Shown piece by piece: positions 62,899-64,000 of a DNA stretch of 64,000 nucleotides. A program made the position numbers and the translations under genes. Position 1 is the stretch's first letter; the number at the start of each line of letters is the position of its first letter. The notes beneath the pieces were generated by a model. The model was not told the origin of the DNA. It worked only from the letters and a program-made list of their open reading frames with translations, and ran no database searches. Location: the NCBI GenBank assembly GCA_030527585.1, contig JAUNAL010000001.1, positions 64,193 through 128,192 of the forward strand. Direction: 5' to 3'. The stretch is from Candidatus Saccharimonadota bacterium (GTDB taxonomy: Bacteria; Patescibacteriota; Saccharimonadia; Saccharimonadales; Saccharimonadaceae).

Positions 62899-63712
62899 TA
62901 AAATGAATTATTCTCAATTTGTGGGGCTAGTAGATGAACGAAATCGTCCATCTGGCGGAATTAGAACCGTCCAAATTGCAACCCTGAACGCTAGAATTGA
63001 TAGAAATAGCAAGGTGCTTGAGATTGGGAGTAATACGGGTTTTACCTCAGTCAATATCAGTTTACTGACGGGCGCCGAAGTTGTTGGGATTGATTATAAC
63101 GGACCTTCCGTAGAAAAGGCCCGAGAGTACGCAAACAATATGGGTGCCGAAAGAGTGAAGTTTCTGGAAGCCGACGCGACACGATTGCCATTTGGCGATG
63201 GTGAGTTTGATATGGTTTGGTGCAGCAATGTCACTTCTTTTATTGAAGATAAAGATAAGGCAATTGCAGAATATTTGCGTGTTTTGAAGCCATTTGGGAC
63301 CTTAATATTGGTGCCGATTTATTATCATATTTCGCCGCCAGAAAAAATCAGAAAAGCTGTTTCTAATGCAATTGGCTGCGAAGTTGGTGTTTGGGACAAG
63401 CAATTCTGGTTAGATGCTTTTAAAAGAAATGCATACAAACATAATGTTGCTTTGGAAAAATATTTTGATCAAGAGTTCCAATATCTAGATCGGAGTGCGA
63501 ACTTGAAAGAATATACAGAATTGCAATTAAGTAAAATCGATAGGAATAATTATTCGGACGAAGAATGGGTGAAGATTCAAGAAAAGGCAAAATATTTTTA
63601 TACTTTATTTAATGAAAATAATTTTAAATATGCAAGATATTCTGTGATTTTGTTGCAAAAGCGATTGGTTGAAGAAGAAGCCGAATTATTTATTTCAAGG
63701 GCAGTAGAATGA
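62888..63712 (+). CDS. Class I SAM-dependent methyltransferase
   Basis: VLEIGSNTG, VVGID, ADATRLPF....FD, EYLRVLKP.G. Confidence 0.92.
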   Translation: MEINKMNYSQFVGLVDERNRPSGGIRTVQIATLNARIDRNSKVLEIGSNTGFTSVNISLLTGAEVVGIDYNGPSVEKAREYANNMGAERVKFLEADATRLPFGDGEFDMVWCSNVTSFIEDKDKAIAEYLRVLKPFGTLILVPIYYHISPPEKIRKAVSNAIGCEVGVWDKQFWLDAFKRNAYKHNVALEKYFDQEFQYLDRSANLKEYTELQLSKIDRNNYSDEEWVKIQEKAKYFYTLFNENNFKYARYSVILLQKRLVEEEAELFISRAVE

Positions 63713-64000
63713 TAGAAATTAGGGAAGCCAGACCAGAGGACGCAAGCGAAATTTGCCAGATCCAGCGGGCTACATGGATTCAAGCTTATGTCTCGCAAGA
63801 ATATGAGGTGACCAGAAAAGATCTAGAAGAATATACAAAGAAGTGGACATCCCCGGAGAATGTAGAGGATTTTTCGAAATTAATTGCTAGCCAGACGGAA
63901 AATGATTTTTGGTTGGTGGCAGAATGTGATGGACGAATTGTAGGACATATCAAATCGGGGAAGCTGAGAGAGGTTGTATTTATCCATATGTTGTACGTAC
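63709..64000 (+). CDS. GNAT acetyltransferase, truncated by the window end
   Basis: MIEIREARPEDA..I..I...TW..AY ... WLVAECDGRIVG ... IHMLYV; ATGA overlap with the methyltransferase. Confidence 0.85.
   Translation, partial: MIEIREARPEDASEICQIQRATWIQAYVSQEYEVTRKDLEEYTKKWTSPENVEDFSKLIASQTENDFWLVAECDGRIVGHIKSGKLREVVFIHMLYV

Noticed and set aside
62-63798. The many short antisense or nested ORFs in the track (e.g. 604-894, 5943-6335, 32804-33298, 37215-37811, 46522-47100)
   Set aside because: They overlap well-supported genes and have no motifs or initiation signals. 37215-37811 is an alternate frame left open partly by the A-poor variable region.
1-64000. CRISPR array, rRNA, integrase, transposase or reverse transcriptase
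   Set aside because: No regularly spaced direct repeats, rRNA-like sequence or catalytic motifs of these enzymes were seen

Overview
This is a 64 kb segment of a small-genome bacterium using genetic code 11. It is most consistent with a gut or rumen Candidatus Saccharibacteria (TM7/CPR); that is inferred from gene content and protein styles, not from a database search. The housekeeping backbone includes argS, orn, mscL, dnaG, rpoD, polA, mutM, holA, rpsT, rpsU, adk, map, ftsA, ftsZ, nrdR, ileS, rplU, parA, parB, rel and five tRNAs. Many of these genes look leaderless, with an extended -10 box 5-10 nt before the ATG. The accessory content is: (1) a four-gene ubiquitin-like conjugation operon (membrane-anchored coiled-coil/E2-like, JAB, E1/ThiF, Ubl ending in Gly) at 18379-21014, the best candidate for an undescribed system; (2) a coupled operon of two aminoacyl-tRNA-synthetase-like catalytic domains, an MccF-like S66 peptidase, a methyltransferase and a GNAT at 59704-64000; (3) a defence island next to tRNA-Gly with a Dodola-like pair and a HaeIII-like R-M system; (4) a dispersed structured element with compensatory base changes and a tetraloop-receptor-like internal loop at gene 3' ends; (5) a probable type I toxin-antitoxin locus; (6) a surface protein with an internal DGR-type variable region behind a pseudoknotted leader RNA; (7) an NrdR-boxed stand-alone NrdD glycyl-radical domain; and (8) a bile-acid 12alpha-HSDH-like SDR. 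All family assignments come from motif recognition by eye and need HMM or structure confirmation.
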